DNA of 64,000 bases. It comes from Macrostomum lignano. Its lineage: Eukaryota. Location of the stretch: contig NIVC01003855.1 in the NCBI GenBank assembly GCA_002269645.1, positions 9,534-73,533 of the forward strand. Direction: 5' to 3'. Numbering within the stretch: position 1 is the stretch's first letter; each line of letters begins with the position of its first letter. The position numbers were made by a program, and so were the translations under genes. The notes under the pieces were generated by a model. That model saw only the letters and a list, made by a program, of their open reading frames with translations, was not told the origin of the DNA and ran no database searches. Positions 1-13,410 of the stretch are shown in pieces.

Positions 1-2
1 CC

Positions 3-490
3 TGTCTGTTTCTGTACGGACAGTGGCACCATTGGTGGCGCCAGCAGCCGCCGCACCCGGATCTCCAGGTGGACCAACCGGTGTGGCAGAACCGGCCAGC
101 TCAGTCTGGCACCTGCGTTGCTACACCTCGATTTGGTTCTAATAATAGATTGACTGCTACAAATGCTACTGCTAGTACTAATCAGGTGTTGGCATGGCAA
201 CCGGCGCCAGCTGATACGGGCAGCGTCATTGGCAACCTGTGCATGAGGCTAGTTGGTCGGCAACAGCAGCAGCAGCAACAACATGATCAGCATGAACTGC
301 TGTGGCATCGAGACAGACCAATAGGCTGTGTTAATCTTGGCAGCAGCAATTCCTGCTTTATGAATGCCTGCCTGCAAATTCTGTTTAGCAGCGAACGATT
401 CCTCGCCGCTCTCCGTTCGTGCGGACGGAATCGCTCGGCCTCGCCAAGTCACGAAGCCGTGCTGGACGCTTTGCAAACTCTGGCTGACCG
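3..490 (+). CDS. Ubiquitin-specific protease (peptidase C19, possibly USP30-like), first visible exon, 5'-partial; contains Cys box
   Basis: Frame open from the window edge (CLFLYGQWHHWWRQQ...). Cys box GCVNLGSSNSCFMNACLQIL. Donor CG|GTGAGG at 491 (phase 2) matches the next exon. Confidence 0.85.
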
Positions 491-639
491 GTGAGGGGCT
501 TTGGTGAATTTTTAGAGTTCGCACCTGTTGCGTTTTGTAGATTCCATGATGATGCGATCCCAGATACTGTCTTAGCCTTAGGGATTTAAATTCTAAAATC
601 CTGAAGATCTCGTGTTGTAATCTCCGTGATTCTAATGCT

Positions 640-3600
640 ACACCCTGAGAGATCCCAGCATTAACACCCTGAGAGATCTCAACATTACACCCTGAGATAT
701 CCCGACTTTACACCCTGAGAGATCTCAACATTACACCCTGAGATATCCCGACATTACACCCCGAGAGATCTCAACATTACACCCTGAGATATCCCGACTT
801 TACACCCTGAGAGATCTCAACATTACACCCTGAGATATCCCGACTTTACACCCTGAGAGATCTCAACATTACACCCTGAGATATCCCGACTTTACACCCT
901 GAGAGATCTCAACATTACACCCTGAGATATCCCGACATTACACCCTGAGAGATCTCAACATTACACACTGAGATATCCCAGCATTACACCCTGAGAGATC
1001 TCAACATTACACCCTGAGATATCCCGACATTACACCCCGAGAGATCTCAACATTACACCCTGAGATATCCCGACATTACACCCTGAGAGATCTCAACATT
1101 ACACCCTGAGATATCCCGACTTTACACCCTGAGAGATCTCAACATTACACCCTGAGATATCCCGACATTACACCCTGAGAGATCTCAACATTACACCCTG
1201 AGATATCCCGACTTTACACCCTGAGAGATCTCAACATTACACCCTGAGATATCCCGACTTTACACCCTGAGAGATCTCAACATTACACCCTGAGATATCC
1301 CGACTTTACACCCTGAGAGATCTCAACATTACACCCTGAGATATCCCGACATTACACCCTGAGAGATCTCAACATTACACACTGGGATATCCCAGCATTA
1401 CACCCTGAGAGATCTCAACATTACACCCTGAGATATCCCGACTTTACACCCTGAGAGATCTCAACATTACACCCTGAGATATCCCGACTTTACACCCTGA
1501 GAGATCTCAACATTACACCCTGAGATATCCCGACTTTACACCCTGAGAGATCTCAACATTACACCCTGAGATATCCCGACATTACACCCTGAGAGATCTC
1601 AACATTACACACTGAGATATCCCAGCATTACACCCTGAGAGATCTCAACGTTACACCCTGAGATATCCCGACATTACACCCTGAGAGATCTCAACATTAC
1701 ACCCTGAGATATCCCGACATTACACCCTGAGAGATCTCAACGTTACACCCTGAGATATTCCAGCATTACACCCTGATAGATCTCAACAATACACCCTGAG
1801 ATATCCCAGCATTACACCCTGAGAGATCTCAACATTACACCCTGAGATATCCCAGCATTACACCCTGAGAGATCTCAACATTACACTCTGGGAGATCCCA
1901 GCATTACACCCTTAGAGATCTCAACATTACACTCTGGGAGATCCCAGCATTATACCCTGAGAGATCTCAACATTACACTCTGGGAGATCCCAGCATTACA
2001 CCCTGAGAGATCTCAACATTACACTCTGGGAGATCCCAGCATTACACCCTGGGAGATCCCAGCATTACACCCTGAGATATCCCAGCATTACACCCTGAGA
2101 GATCTCAACATTACACTCTGGGAGATCCCAGCATTACACCCTGAGAGATCTCAACATTACACACTGAGATATCCCAGCATTACACCCTGAGAGATCTCAA
2201 CATTACACCCTGAGATATCCCGACTTTACACCCTGAGAGATCTCAACATTACACCCTGAGATATCCCGACTTTACACCCTGAGAGATCTCAACATTACAC
2301 CCTGAGATATCCCGACTTTACACCCTGAGAGATCTCAACATTACACCCTGAGATATCCCGACATTACACCCTGAGAGATCTCAACATTACACACTGAGAT
2401 ATCCCAGCATTACACCCTGAGAGATCTCAACGTTACACCCTGAGATATCCCGACATTACACCCTGAGAGATCTCAACATTACACACTGAGATATCCCGAC
2501 TTTACACCCTGAGAGATCTCAACATTACACCCTGAGATATCCCGACATTACACCCTGAGAGATCTCAACATTACACCCTGAGATATCCCGACATTACACC
2601 CTGAGAGATCTCAACATTACACACTGAGATATCCCGACTTTACACCCTGAGAGATCTCAACATTACACCCTGAGATATCCCGACATTACACCCTGAGAGA
2701 TCTCAACATTACACACTGAGATATCCCAGCATTACACCCTGAGAGATCTCAACGTTACACCCTGAGATATTCCAGCATTACACCCTGATAGATCTCAACA
2801 ATACACCCTGAGATATCCCAGCATTACACCCTGAGAGATCTCAACATTACACCCTGAGATATCCCAGCATTACACCCTGAGAGATCTCAACATTACACTC
2901 TGGGAGATCCCAGCATTACACCCTGAGAGATCTCAACATTACACTCTGGGAGATCCCAGCATTACACCCTGAGAGATCTCAACATTACACTCTGGGAGAT
3001 CCCAGCATTACACCCTGAGAGATCTCAACATTACACTCTGGGAGATCCCAGCATTACACCCTGGGAGATCCCAGCATTACACCCTGAGAGATCTCAACAT
3101 TACACTCTGGGAGATCCCAGCATTACACCCTGGAAGATCCCAGCATTACACCCTGAGAGATCTCAACATTACACTCTGGGAGATCCCAGCATTACACCCT
3201 GAGAGATCTCAACATTACACTCTGGGAGATCCCAGCATTACACCCTGGGAGATCCCAGCATTACACCCTGAGATATCCCGACATTTCACCCTAAGAGATC
3301 TCAACATTACACCCTGAGATATCCCGACTTTACACCCTGAGAGATCTCAACATTACACCCTGAGATATCCCGACATTACACCCTTAGAGATCTCAACATT
3401 ACACACTGAGATATCCCAGCATTACACCCTGAGAGATCTCAACGTTACACCCTGAGATATCCCGACATTACACCCTGAGAGATCTCAACATTACACCCTG
3501 AGATATCCCAGCATTACACCCTGAGAGATCTCAACGTTACACCCTGAGATATTCCAGCATTACACCCTGATAGATCTCAACAATACACCCTGAGATATCC

Positions 3601-4192
3601 CAGCATTACACCCTGAGAGATCTCAACATTACACCCTGAGATATCCCAGCATTACACCCTGAGAGATCTCAACATTACACTCTGGGAGATCCCAGCATTA
3701 CACCCTGAGAGATCTCAACATTACACTCTGGGAGATCCCAGCATTACACCCTGAGAGATCTCAACATTACACTCTGGGAGATCCCAGCATTACACCCTGA
3801 GAGATCTCAACATTACACTCTGGGAGATCCCAGCATTACACCCTGGGAGATCCCAGCATTACACCCTGAGAGATCTCAACATTACACTCTGGGAGATCCC
3901 AGCATTACACCCTGGAAGATCCCAGCATTACACCCTGAGAGATCTCAACATTACACTCTGGGAGATCCCAGCATTACACCCTGAGAGATCTCAACATTAC
4001 ACTCTGGGAGATCCCAGCATTACACCGTGGGAGATCCCAGCATTACACCCTGAGATATCCCGACATTTCACCCTAAGAGATCTCAACATTACACCCTGAG
4101 ATATCCCAGCATTACACCCTGGAAGATCCCAGCATTACACCCTGGAAGATCCCAGCATTACACCCTGGAAGATCCCAGCATTACACCCTGAG
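640..4192. repeat. Minisatellite filling USP intron 1: alternating 23-bp units (GAGATCTCAACATTACACCCTGA / GATATCCCGACATTACACCCTGA), 46-bp dimer with higher-order blocks
   Basis: Direct reading, 46-bp period (e.g. 673 to 719). Confidence 0.97.
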
Positions 4193-4244
4193 CTTACAAG
4201 AGTAGCCAATTATCTCTCCGCTATATTTTTCATCGCTTGCCCAG

Positions 4245-4866
4245 GCGGCATCGACTCCAGCAGAAAAGTCGCATCGGCGGCGGTGGCGGCGGCACGGAAA
4301 ACAACCGCCTGGACCTGCTAGATACTCAACAGCTTCGCCGTTCTCTAGCCCAGATTTGCCCCCTGATTCAGCCGCTGGGCCTACCACAACAGCAGCAGGA
4401 CGCGGCGGAGTTCTTTGATCTATTATTAGCCGTTCTGTTCGAAGCCAGCAGGAGCGGCAGTAGCGGCAGCGGTTATGGACTGTCAGACGCCGCCCTGTGG
4501 ACGCCGTCGTTAGAGCGGCTAAGTCGAGCCTATCCTGATCTGGATCTGATGCGCTCCGCCGATTCCCGGTTGAGATTGTTGGACTCCGCTAAGCTGGAGG
4601 TTACCTACGCGCATCAGCCGGCTTCCATTCAGGCCGGATTAGAGAATCGAGCCTGCTCAGCTTCCCTGCTCAGACTGGCTAATCTGCACTGGTTGCACAG
4701 GCGCTTAGGCGAATGTCGGAGTCCGTTGGCGGCTCTGATTGAAGGTCAAATGATTGATTTGACGCTGTGCGAATCTTGCCATCGATTGAGAGCCGCTTGC
4801 AACGAATTGCGCGCTCTGCTGGTGCCGCTGCCGATGGCCTCGCAAGTCGGGGGAATAGATGTTGAG
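4245..4866 (+). CDS. USP exon 2 (QQQDAAEFF motif, fingers C-x2-C)
   Basis: Acceptor ...TTGCCCAG at 4244 gives CG+G=Arg in frame. QQQDAAEFFDLL resembles the USP QxDAxEF motif. LIEGQMIDLTLCESC present. Donor GAG|GTGAGT at 4867. Confidence 0.9.
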
Positions 4867-4894
4867 GTGAGTACCGGCTCGGCACTATGAATCT

Positions 4895-5590
4895 CAGATC
4901 ATTTGTCCTGAATCTTCAATGCTTTATCCTGAATCTCTAATCATTTGTACTGAATCTCCAATCCTGTATTCTGAATCTCCAATCAATTATCCTGAATCTC
5001 CAATCATGTATCCTGAATCTCCAATCATTTATCCTGAATCTCCAATCATTTATCTTGAATCTCCAATCATTTATCTTGAATCTCCTATCATTTATCTTGA
5101 ATCTCCTATCATTTATCTTGAATCTCCAATGATTTATCCTGAATCTCCAATCATTTATCTTGAATCTCCAATCATTTATCTTGAATCTCCAATGATTTAT
5201 CCTGAATCTCCAATCATGTATCCTGAATCTCCAATCATTTATCTTGAATCTCCAATCATTTATCTTGAATCTCCTATCATTTATCTTGAATCTCCAATCA
5301 TTTATCTTGAATCTCCAATGATTTATCCTGAATCTCCAATCATGTATCCTGAATCTCCAATCATTTATCCTGAATCTCCAATCATTTATCCTGAATCTCC
5401 AATCATGTATCCTGAATCTCCAATCGTTTATCTTGAATCTCCAATCATTTATCTTGAATCTCCTATCATTTATCTTGAATCTCCAATCATTTATCTTGAA
5501 TCTCCAATCCTTTATCCTGAATCTCCAATCATGTATCCTGAATCTCCAATTTTTTATCCTGACACTTAGCCCTTTATCCTGAATGGCGAA
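4895..5590. repeat. 21-bp minisatellite (TGAATCTCCAATCATTTATCY) in USP intron 2
   Basis: Tandem units; they produce the spurious YPESPII / DWRFKIN ORFs. Confidence 0.97.
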
Positions 5591-5696
5591 GCCTTTATCC
5601 TTAAATCTCATATTTGTGTCGCGACTAAACTTAACCGCTGCCTTGAATAATTCTGGGTCTGGACCTCACCTGGAGTAATTATATGCACTTTTGCAG

Positions 5697-6053
5697 CCCG
5701 TAAGCCTGTCCGACTGCCTGTCCCGCTGCGTTGGCCAATTAGAAAGCCTCGGCGGTCTCAAATGCAATTTCTGCGCCGCGTCAGATGACTCGCCATTGGA
5801 CGGTAGACACGGCTATCGCCAGGTGCACCCGTCGCAGCAGCACCATCTACAGCGTCGGATGACGTCCACGCCGGTGGCTGCCGGCGGTTTGCTCAGCCCC
5901 TTCCACCCGGCCACGCCAATACAGCGCGGCCAGCTGTATCAGAAATGTCAGCTGTTTGGCCGCCTGCCACGGCTGCTCACCCTGCAGCTGATGCGGTCTG
6001 TCCCTGCTGGCGGCGGCAACTCGCATTTGAGCTTGGCTAAGAATGAGCGCCAG
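5697..6053 (+). CDS. USP exon 3
   Basis: Acceptor TTTTGCAG, 357 nt, phase 0-0. SLSDCL..ESL..LKCNFC and RLPRLLTLQLMR match USP boxes. Donor CAG|GTCTGT at 6054. Confidence 0.9.
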
Positions 6054-6067
6054 GTCTGTGCCTTGAG

Positions 6068-7275
6068 GGATCTGTGGTGGCAACCTACTGAAGGATCTGT
6101 GGGGAGGGGTGGCAACCTACTGAAGGATCTGTGAGGAGTGGGTGGCAACCTACTGAAGGATCTGTGGGGAGGGGGTGGCAACCTACTGAAGGATCTGTGA
6201 GGAGGGGTGGCAACCTACTGAAGGATCTGTGAGGAGGGGGTGGCAACCTACTGAAGGATCTGTGAGGAGGGGTGGCAACCTACTGAAGGATCTGTGGGGA
6301 GGGGTGGCAACCTACTGAAGGATCTGTGAGGAGTGGGTGGCAACCTACTGAAGGATCTGTGGGGAGGGGGTGGCAACCTACTGAAGGATCTGTGAGGAGG
6401 GGGTGGCAACCTACTGAAGGATCTGTGAGGAGGGGGTGGCAACCTACTGAAGGATCTGTGAGGAGGGGGTGGCAACCTACTGAAGGATCTGTTGTGGGAA
6501 GGGGGTGGCAACCTACTGAAGGATCTGTAGGGAGGGGTGGCAACCTACTAAAGGATCTGTAGGGAGGGGTAGCAACCTACTGAAGGATCTGTGGGGAGGG
6601 TGGCAACCTACTGAAGAATCTGTGAGTAGGGGGTGGCAACCTACTGAAGGATCTGTAGGTAGGGGTGGCAACCTACTGAAGGATCTGTGGGGAGGGGGTG
6701 GCAACCTACTGAAGGATCTGTGAGTAGGGGGTGGCAACCTACTGAAGGATCTGTAGGGAGGGGTGGCAACCTACTGAAGGATCTGTAGGGAGGGGTGGCA
6801 ACCTACTGAAGGATCTGTAGGGAGGGGTAGCAACCTACTGAAGGATCTGTGGGGAGGGTGGCAACCTACTGAAGGATCTGTGAGTAGGGGGTGGCAACCT
6901 ACTGAAGGATCTGTAGGGAGGGGTGGCAACCTACTGAAGGATCTGTGGGGAGGGGGTGGCAACCTACTGAAGGATCTGTGAGTAGGGGGTGGCAACCTAC
7001 TGAAGGATCTGTAGGGAGGGGTGGCAACCTACTGAAGGATCTGTAGGGAGGGGTGGCAACCTACTGAAGGATCTGTAGGGAGGGGTAGCAACCTACTGAA
7101 GGATCTGTGGGGAGGGGTAGCAACCTACTGAAGGATCTGTGGGGAGGGTGGCAACCTACTGAAGGATCTGTAGGGAGGGTGGCAACCTACTGAAGGATCT
7201 TGGAGGTGGCAACCTACTGAAGGATCTGTGGGGAGGGTGGCAACCTACTGAAGGATCTGTGAGGTGGCAACCTTC
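6068..7275. repeat. ~32-33-bp minisatellite (GTGGCAACCTACTGAAGGATCTGTGGGGAGGG) in USP intron 3
   Basis: Tandem units starting ~15 nt after the donor. Confidence 0.97.
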
Positions 7276-7386
7276 TAAAGGATTTGATGTAACTGATGAT
7301 ATACAATCCAGCACATTCCTATGTGGCATACCTATGGTCCTATCAGCTGCATATAAACTAATTTAATATTCGACCTCTGCCATCAG

Positions 7387-7683
7387 GTGAGAATTCCCAT
7401 CCGTCTCGACTGCTCAATGCTACTGCTAAGCGAGCATTCCGCAGCGGACGATGACGCAGGTGCTGGCAGTTCCACAGGCCATCTGTACAGACTGATCGGT
7501 GTGCTGCTTCACCACGGCAGCGGCAGCGCAACAAGCGGGCACTACACGGCTCTGTGCCGCTGCAGCGACCGCTGGTATCACTGCGACGATCAAAGCGTGA
7601 CCGATTGCGACAATATTGAACGAATATTAGCTAGCCCAACTGTAGCATCAACTGCCTACTTAATTATTTACGAGCTTGAGTAG
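7387..7683 (+). CDS. USP last exon (His box)
   Basis: Acceptor CATCAG at 7386. VRIPIRLD...LYRLIGVLLHHGSGSATSGHYTA...WYHCDDQSV...AYLIIYE, then stop. Confidence 0.92.
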   Translation: MRIPIRLDCSMLLLSEHSAADDDAGAGSSTGHLYRLIGVLLHHGSGSATSGHYTALCRCSDRWYHCDDQSVTDCDNIERILASPTVASTAYLIIYELE

Positions 7684-7934
7684 TGTGGTTTGAGTAAGCT
7701 TGTCGAAAGTCTGCGTCTATGCATGCTGAGCAGAATGGTCTGTTAAAACTAATTAGCATATCTAAAAACCCATTTACTAATAACTATCTAAGTTCCTTAA
7801 AAATACCTTGCCCTAAGTGCAGTATTCTTGTCTGAGAATACGTACCTGAAGACCGTCATTGCTTGTGAATCGCTACCAAGTACATTATTTCTACGTGATA
7901 ATTATCCCCTAAGTACATAATTCCTACATGACAA

Positions 7935-8205
7935 CTGCCCCCTCCCCAAGTACACATCCCTATATGAGAACTACCCCAGAGTACATTATCCCTATATGAG
8001 AACTACCCCAGAGTACATTATCCCTATATGAGAACTACCCCAAAGTACATTATCCCTATATGAGAACTACCCCAAAGTACATTATCCCTATATGAGAACT
8101 ATCCCAGAGTACATTATCCCTATATGAGAACTACCCCAAAGTACATTATTCCTACATGAGAAATACCCCCAAATACATTATCCCTACATGAGAACTACCC
8201 CCTCA
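7935..8205. repeat. 32-bp minisatellite (GTACATTATCCCTATATGAGAACTACCCCAGA)
   Basis: Period of 32 (7981 to 8013), degenerate at both edges. Confidence 0.9.
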
Positions 8206-8772
8206 AGCACATCTTTCTACAAAATCGTATCCAATAACCTTATTAAAGACCATAATTCGCGAAGCTTAAGTCAACCCTCTGACTCACTTTCAATAGCTTT
8301 AGTTTTTTGAAAAGAAAAAAAAATACATTGCTATGTACTTGAGCCTGTGTGTTTTTTCTGTGGTGCTTCGTCTGCGTAATTTCTGTCACATTTATGTAGC
8401 TTAACATACATGTACGTAACTGTTAAACATGCAGGCGTAACATTATTTGCTTTGTTATTTTGTGAATGCTTCATGTTGTAAATCGATGGTAAGCCAGCAT
8501 TATTATTGTTATTTTTATTATTTCTTAAATTCTGCATAAAATCTATTGCGAGTGGTGTTGTTACTGTTTTCAGGACTCTGTTTACTGCAAAGGACAGAAT
8601 TTCCAAAATGGGCTGTTAATTTTAGCCACAACTGCTTGAATAGCTGCTCTGAGCAAAACTTATGGCAAATCGAAACCACCTTTGATATCACACACTCCAA
8701 AGGATGTTTTTATATTGGACGATGCATTTGCGTCATTTTCACAGCTGTGGCGTTCAAGATTTGGCTCAAATT

Positions 8773-9996
8773 GTTGTTGTTGTTAAATGGGGTGGAAGCC
8801 GGGAGCTACCCGCGCGCGGATCAGTCCTGGGAGGGGCTCTGCCGCTGAGGGGCACTTCCAGGGGCATATAGCCCGAGATACCCCAAGATTGGACCCTGAC
8901 GTCTGGGCCAGGGGGAGCTGCCAACCCAAGCCTTATGGACTAAGACACCGCCAACCCAAAAGTGGAATTAGGGACGGTGCTAGGACCGAGTCCACCCAAG
9001 CCACCACCCAGCGGACAAATCCCGGGAGTGCGCGAAAAAAGAATTGGAAAAATGTTTGGGTCACTACACAGATACTAGAATAACTAGATGGGCCACTCTG
9101 CAAATTTGCATGTAAGCTACTTTCAGTTCAGTAGTAAGTCAAACCGAAGCATTTTAATTCATTTTTAAAGCCACGGCTCATTTTTTAGCTCTTACCCCCC
9201 TCGCTTAAACCCTTCAACCGCGCCTTTCCACACTACCCCCTGCCCCGCCCCAATTTTTATTGCCTTTCTCGGAATTCCAGCCTAAAGCGGCCATGTACAT
9301 TTCAGTGGACTGGCCAATGTACATTATTGCTAAACCAATTAGCAAGCCGTTTACGCCTGCAAGCTTTGGGCTTCTAAACCTATCAGTCGTTTCAGCCGCC
9401 TTTATTTTATAAAATAGCTATAGTATTCTTCTTTGCTACTGAACTGAAAGTAGAAAGCAGTTTTACTAAGTACCTATGCCTGAGTGGCCCATCTAGTTAT
9501 TTTAGTATCTGTTATTATTTTAGTATTTTAGTATCTGTGGGTCACTACTGAAAAGCGGTCCGAGAGCGGGGAGACCCGAAGTTTACGGAAATCAATGGCT
9601 TAATTTTGGAGTGAGTCTGGAAGGCTTGTTTCCGAGTGCAAGTCTCCTATCAGGCCACCAGAAAACCTATAGGGCTGCAAGCCCAAGGGTATCGCCTATC
9701 TAGCTCTATATTGGAGGCCAGGCCAAGGGGTCGGGAAGGCACATGGAGCAAGAGGACCCGGACTCAGCCGGTATCCCCGATTCGGGACGAACATCAACCC
9801 CAGGACTCCAATCCACAGTCAGGATGAGAGCCAAGACGCAAGGGCAGGGAGACAACCAGAGGAGCCAGCAGATGGACCAAGGAGAGCAAGATGGACCGGG
9901 CAGGGAGGGCAGAGCTCATAACTCCGAAATTTTGGAGCGGCATTCGTAGGCCTTACATTAATAAAAGCACAAAGATAGGATAAAACACTAAGGATA
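8773..9996. mobile_element. Non-autonomous retroposon-like insertion with 14-bp TSD and (GTT)4 end
   Basis: ATTTGGCTCAAATT at 8759-8772 and 9997-10010. GC-rich body. GTTGTTGTTGTT at the left end reads as an (AAC)n tail on the minus strand. Confidence 0.7.
9068..9538. mobile_element. MITE with long imperfect TIRs and 10-bp TSD (Mutator-like), nested in the retroposon
   Basis: GGGTCACTAC at 9058-9067 and 9539-9548. ACAGATACTAGAATAACTAGATGGGCCACTC is inverted at 9482-9512, plus CTACTTTCAGTTCAGTA / TACTGAACTGAAAGTAG. Confidence 0.8.
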
Positions 9997-10924
9997 ATTT
10001 GGCTCAAATTACAGCACATTTTTTGATATTCTGGTGGTTTACAGTAAATTTGTGCAACATCCATCGTACTTGGCATTTTTGTTGCTAAATTAAAACGCAA
10101 ACTTTGTCAGCAGTAGTAGCACTAATCAGTGTTGCTTGCTTTTTTGCATTTTTTAGTTAATCGCTAATGATGTAGTAATATTTTTATTGCGGGTTTAGTT
10201 TTGCCTAGACAATAAATATGACGCCAGGCCGAAAGTTATGGCAGCTATATGTAACTTTTTTTAGACTGGCAAATCAATATTTATTAATAATAATAACTTC
10301 ATTTATTTTTCTATGCCAAGCTGTAGAATATAATGAATTATTTAATATTTTATTTAGCTTGTTTAACTTTCTCTTCTGGATGCTGCTTTTCATATTTTAT
10401 TCGTCCTGACGTTTGTTTTGGTTGTCAATTGCTAAAATAAATGCTCGATATGGGACTTGGCGAGTCAACATTTTGAAAAAAAGCCCAATATTTAAATTTG
10501 ACAAACTTGTAAACTTAACTTCATATACCGCAGCTATCTGCATATTGACTTTATACTCGTAGTTACTAAAAAAATTTCATATCTTCCTGATGGCTTCTAA
10601 ACGCTTTTTTTCAAATAAGTTTGATGCAGCAAGTCCTTTTATTGTCAGCAACGGCGGACGCGTGTTCAGTCCCGTGATTTCAGTTTCCAAGAATGCGTTC
10701 TACGAATTTGTGGAATGTTAAACCGTTTCTCCACGGACATACTAGACTTGGGTTATTTGGATATTTTATTGCGTACATACTACTACAATTAAGTAGCACG
10801 ATTTGAGATTTCAAGTGAGTTTACGCTGTATACTTTTATCGGTCGTTAGTTTAAGCCTTTTTATTTGCATGAACTATCATATTTCCAGATCCTCATGCAG
10901 TTACTGAGTCAGCCTTTCAAAGCC

Positions 10925-11775
10925 TCAGCTACTGAGTCAGCCTCCCAGATAAGTTGCTGGGCCAGTCTCCCAGATCCTCAGTTGCTGAGCCACCAGCCTC
11001 CCAGCCCAGATCCTCAGTTGCTTGACCAGCTTCCCAGATCCTCAGTTGCTGTGCCAGCCTCTAAGATCCTCAGTTGCTGGGCCAGCCTCCCAGATCCTCA
11101 GCTGCTGGGCCAGCCTCCCAGATCATCAGTCTGAGTCAGCCTCCCAGATCCTCAGCTGCTGGGCCAGCCTCCCAGATCATCAGTCTGAGTCAGCCTCCCA
11201 GATCCTCAGCTGCTGGGCCAGCCTCCCAGATCCTCAGTTGCTAGTCCAGCTTCCCAGATCATCAGTCTGAGTCAGCCTCCCAGATCCTCAGTTGCTGGGC
11301 CAGCCTCCCAGATCCTCAGTTGCTGGGCCAGCCTCCCAGATCCTCAGTTGCTGGGCCAGCCTCCCAGATCCTCAGTTGCTGGGCCAGCCTCCCAGATCAT
11401 CAGTCTGAGTCAGCCTCCCAGATCCTCAGCTGCTGGGCCAGCCTCCCAGATCATCAGTCTGAGTCAGCCTCCCAGATCCTCAGCTGCTGGGCCAGCCTCC
11501 CAGATCATCAGTCTGAGTCAGCCTCCCAGATCCTCAGCTGCTGGGCCAGCCTCCCAGATCCTCAGTTGCTAGTCCAGCTTCCCAGATCATCAGTCTGAGT
11601 CAGCCTCCCAGATACTCAGTTGCTGCATGGGCCAGCCTCCCAGATCCTCAGTTGCTGCATGGGCCAGCCTCCCAGATCCTCAGTTGCTGAGCCAGCCTCC
11701 CAGATCCTCAGTTTCTGAGCCAGCCTCCCAGATCCTCAGTCTGAGTCAGCCTCCCAGATCCTCAGTTGCTGGGCC
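10925..11775. repeat. 28-bp minisatellite (CAGCCTCCCAGATCCTCAGTTGCTGGGC), array 1 of 3
   Basis: Tandem units; the same unit occurs at ~14030-14410 and ~15310-15750. Confidence 0.95.
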
Positions 11776-12679
11776 AGGGCCAGGGCTACTCTCTCAGGTC
11801 TTTATTTACACTGACTTTAATGCAATCTTTTGTTCTATCTGAATTTTTAATAACAGTCCGACAATTCATATCAAATATGATCATATGGAAAGGAATGTAT
11901 GTAAATTTTATTTTGTCGAAGAAAACTTTGAATTGCTTTAGATTTGAGCTAAGTTTCACGAGAAGCCCTCAATATAGCCGTCAAAGCTGGTATCGGTAAA
12001 TAAAATATGCTAATTTTATGCTAATTTCATTTCTAAATATTGCCCCGTATGCCGCTCTCAGCAGTGCAACTTCCTGTGGCACCTTAATTCCTTCTGCTTT
12101 AGTTTGACACTTGGCAAGCCTACCTGGTTAAGATATGGCCGTATTTTACAGCAAATACTCCACACAGAATATTCATTTCCTTTTTAGTCGAAATTCCGCA
12201 TTGGCTATATTATGTGCTACGCTAAAAAATGGATGACGAATCGCTGGAGAGTTTGCGCTGACATTTCCTTTGTTTCTCGTCAATAAGTGTTTATTAGTCA
12301 CGCCTAGGGCTGTTCGGGCGCGTCCTCAATATGAAGCTGCAATTAGCCTTCAACGAGAGGTGTCGCCATCTTTCAGGCGTTGGTTGAGAACCTCTGTCAG
12401 GTGTCAACAGTAAATTGGAATAGTTTTGGAGGTTCTTGATGCGAGCTGGTTTTCCACAAGTAAGGTTGCTTGTGAGTAACTGCGCATTAGGCCTTGGCAG
12501 TTCTCTAACAGTGACGACAGGCCTGTGCTGGTAAAGGCAAAGGCATCGGGCTAAGGCAAAAATAAGCAGAACTTTGCCACTTGTTCCACGTACCTTACTG
12601 CTGTTGCAGACCCTCACTGAGGATACTAGCTTCTTATACAGCTGGTCTGATAGTTTCTATCCTGACGATATGATCCTTA

Positions 12680-13410
12680 TTACCCTGAGTCTCTGATCCC
12701 TATTACCCTAAGTCTGATCCATATCATCCCGAATCTCTGATCCATATCATCATGAATCTCTGATCCATATCCCGAATCTCTGATCCCTATCATCCCGAAT
12801 CTCTGATCCCTATCATCCCGAATCTCTGATCCCTATCATCCCGAATCTCTGATCCCTATCATCCCGAATCTCGGATCCCTATCCCTATCACCCTGAATCT
12901 CTGATCCCTATCATCCCGAATCTCTGATCCCTATCCCTATCACCCTGAATCTCTGATCCCTATCATCCCGAATCTCTGATCCCTATCCCTATCACCCTGA
13001 ATCTCGGATCCCTATCATCCCGAATCTCTGATCCCTATCCCTATCACCCTGAATCTCGGATCCCTATCATCCCGAATCTCTGATCCCTATCCCTATCACC
13101 CTGAATCTCGGATCCCTATCATCCCGAATCTCTGATCCCTATCCCTATCACCCTGAATCTCTGATCCCTATCATCCCGAATCTCGGATCCCTATCATCCC
13201 GAATCTCTGATCCCTATCCCTATCACCCTGAATCTCGGATCCCTATCATCCCGAATCTCTGATCCCTATCCCTATCACCCTGAATCTCTGATCCCTATCA
13301 TCCCGAATTTCTGATCCCTATCATCCCGAATCTCGGATCCCTATCATCCCGAATCTCGGATCCCTATCACCCTGAATCTCTGATCCCTATCACCCTGAAT
13401 CCCTATCATC
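12680..13410. repeat. 23/29-bp minisatellite (GAATCTCTGATCCCTATCATCCC)
   Basis: Tandem units, some with an extra CCTATC. Confidence 0.95.
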
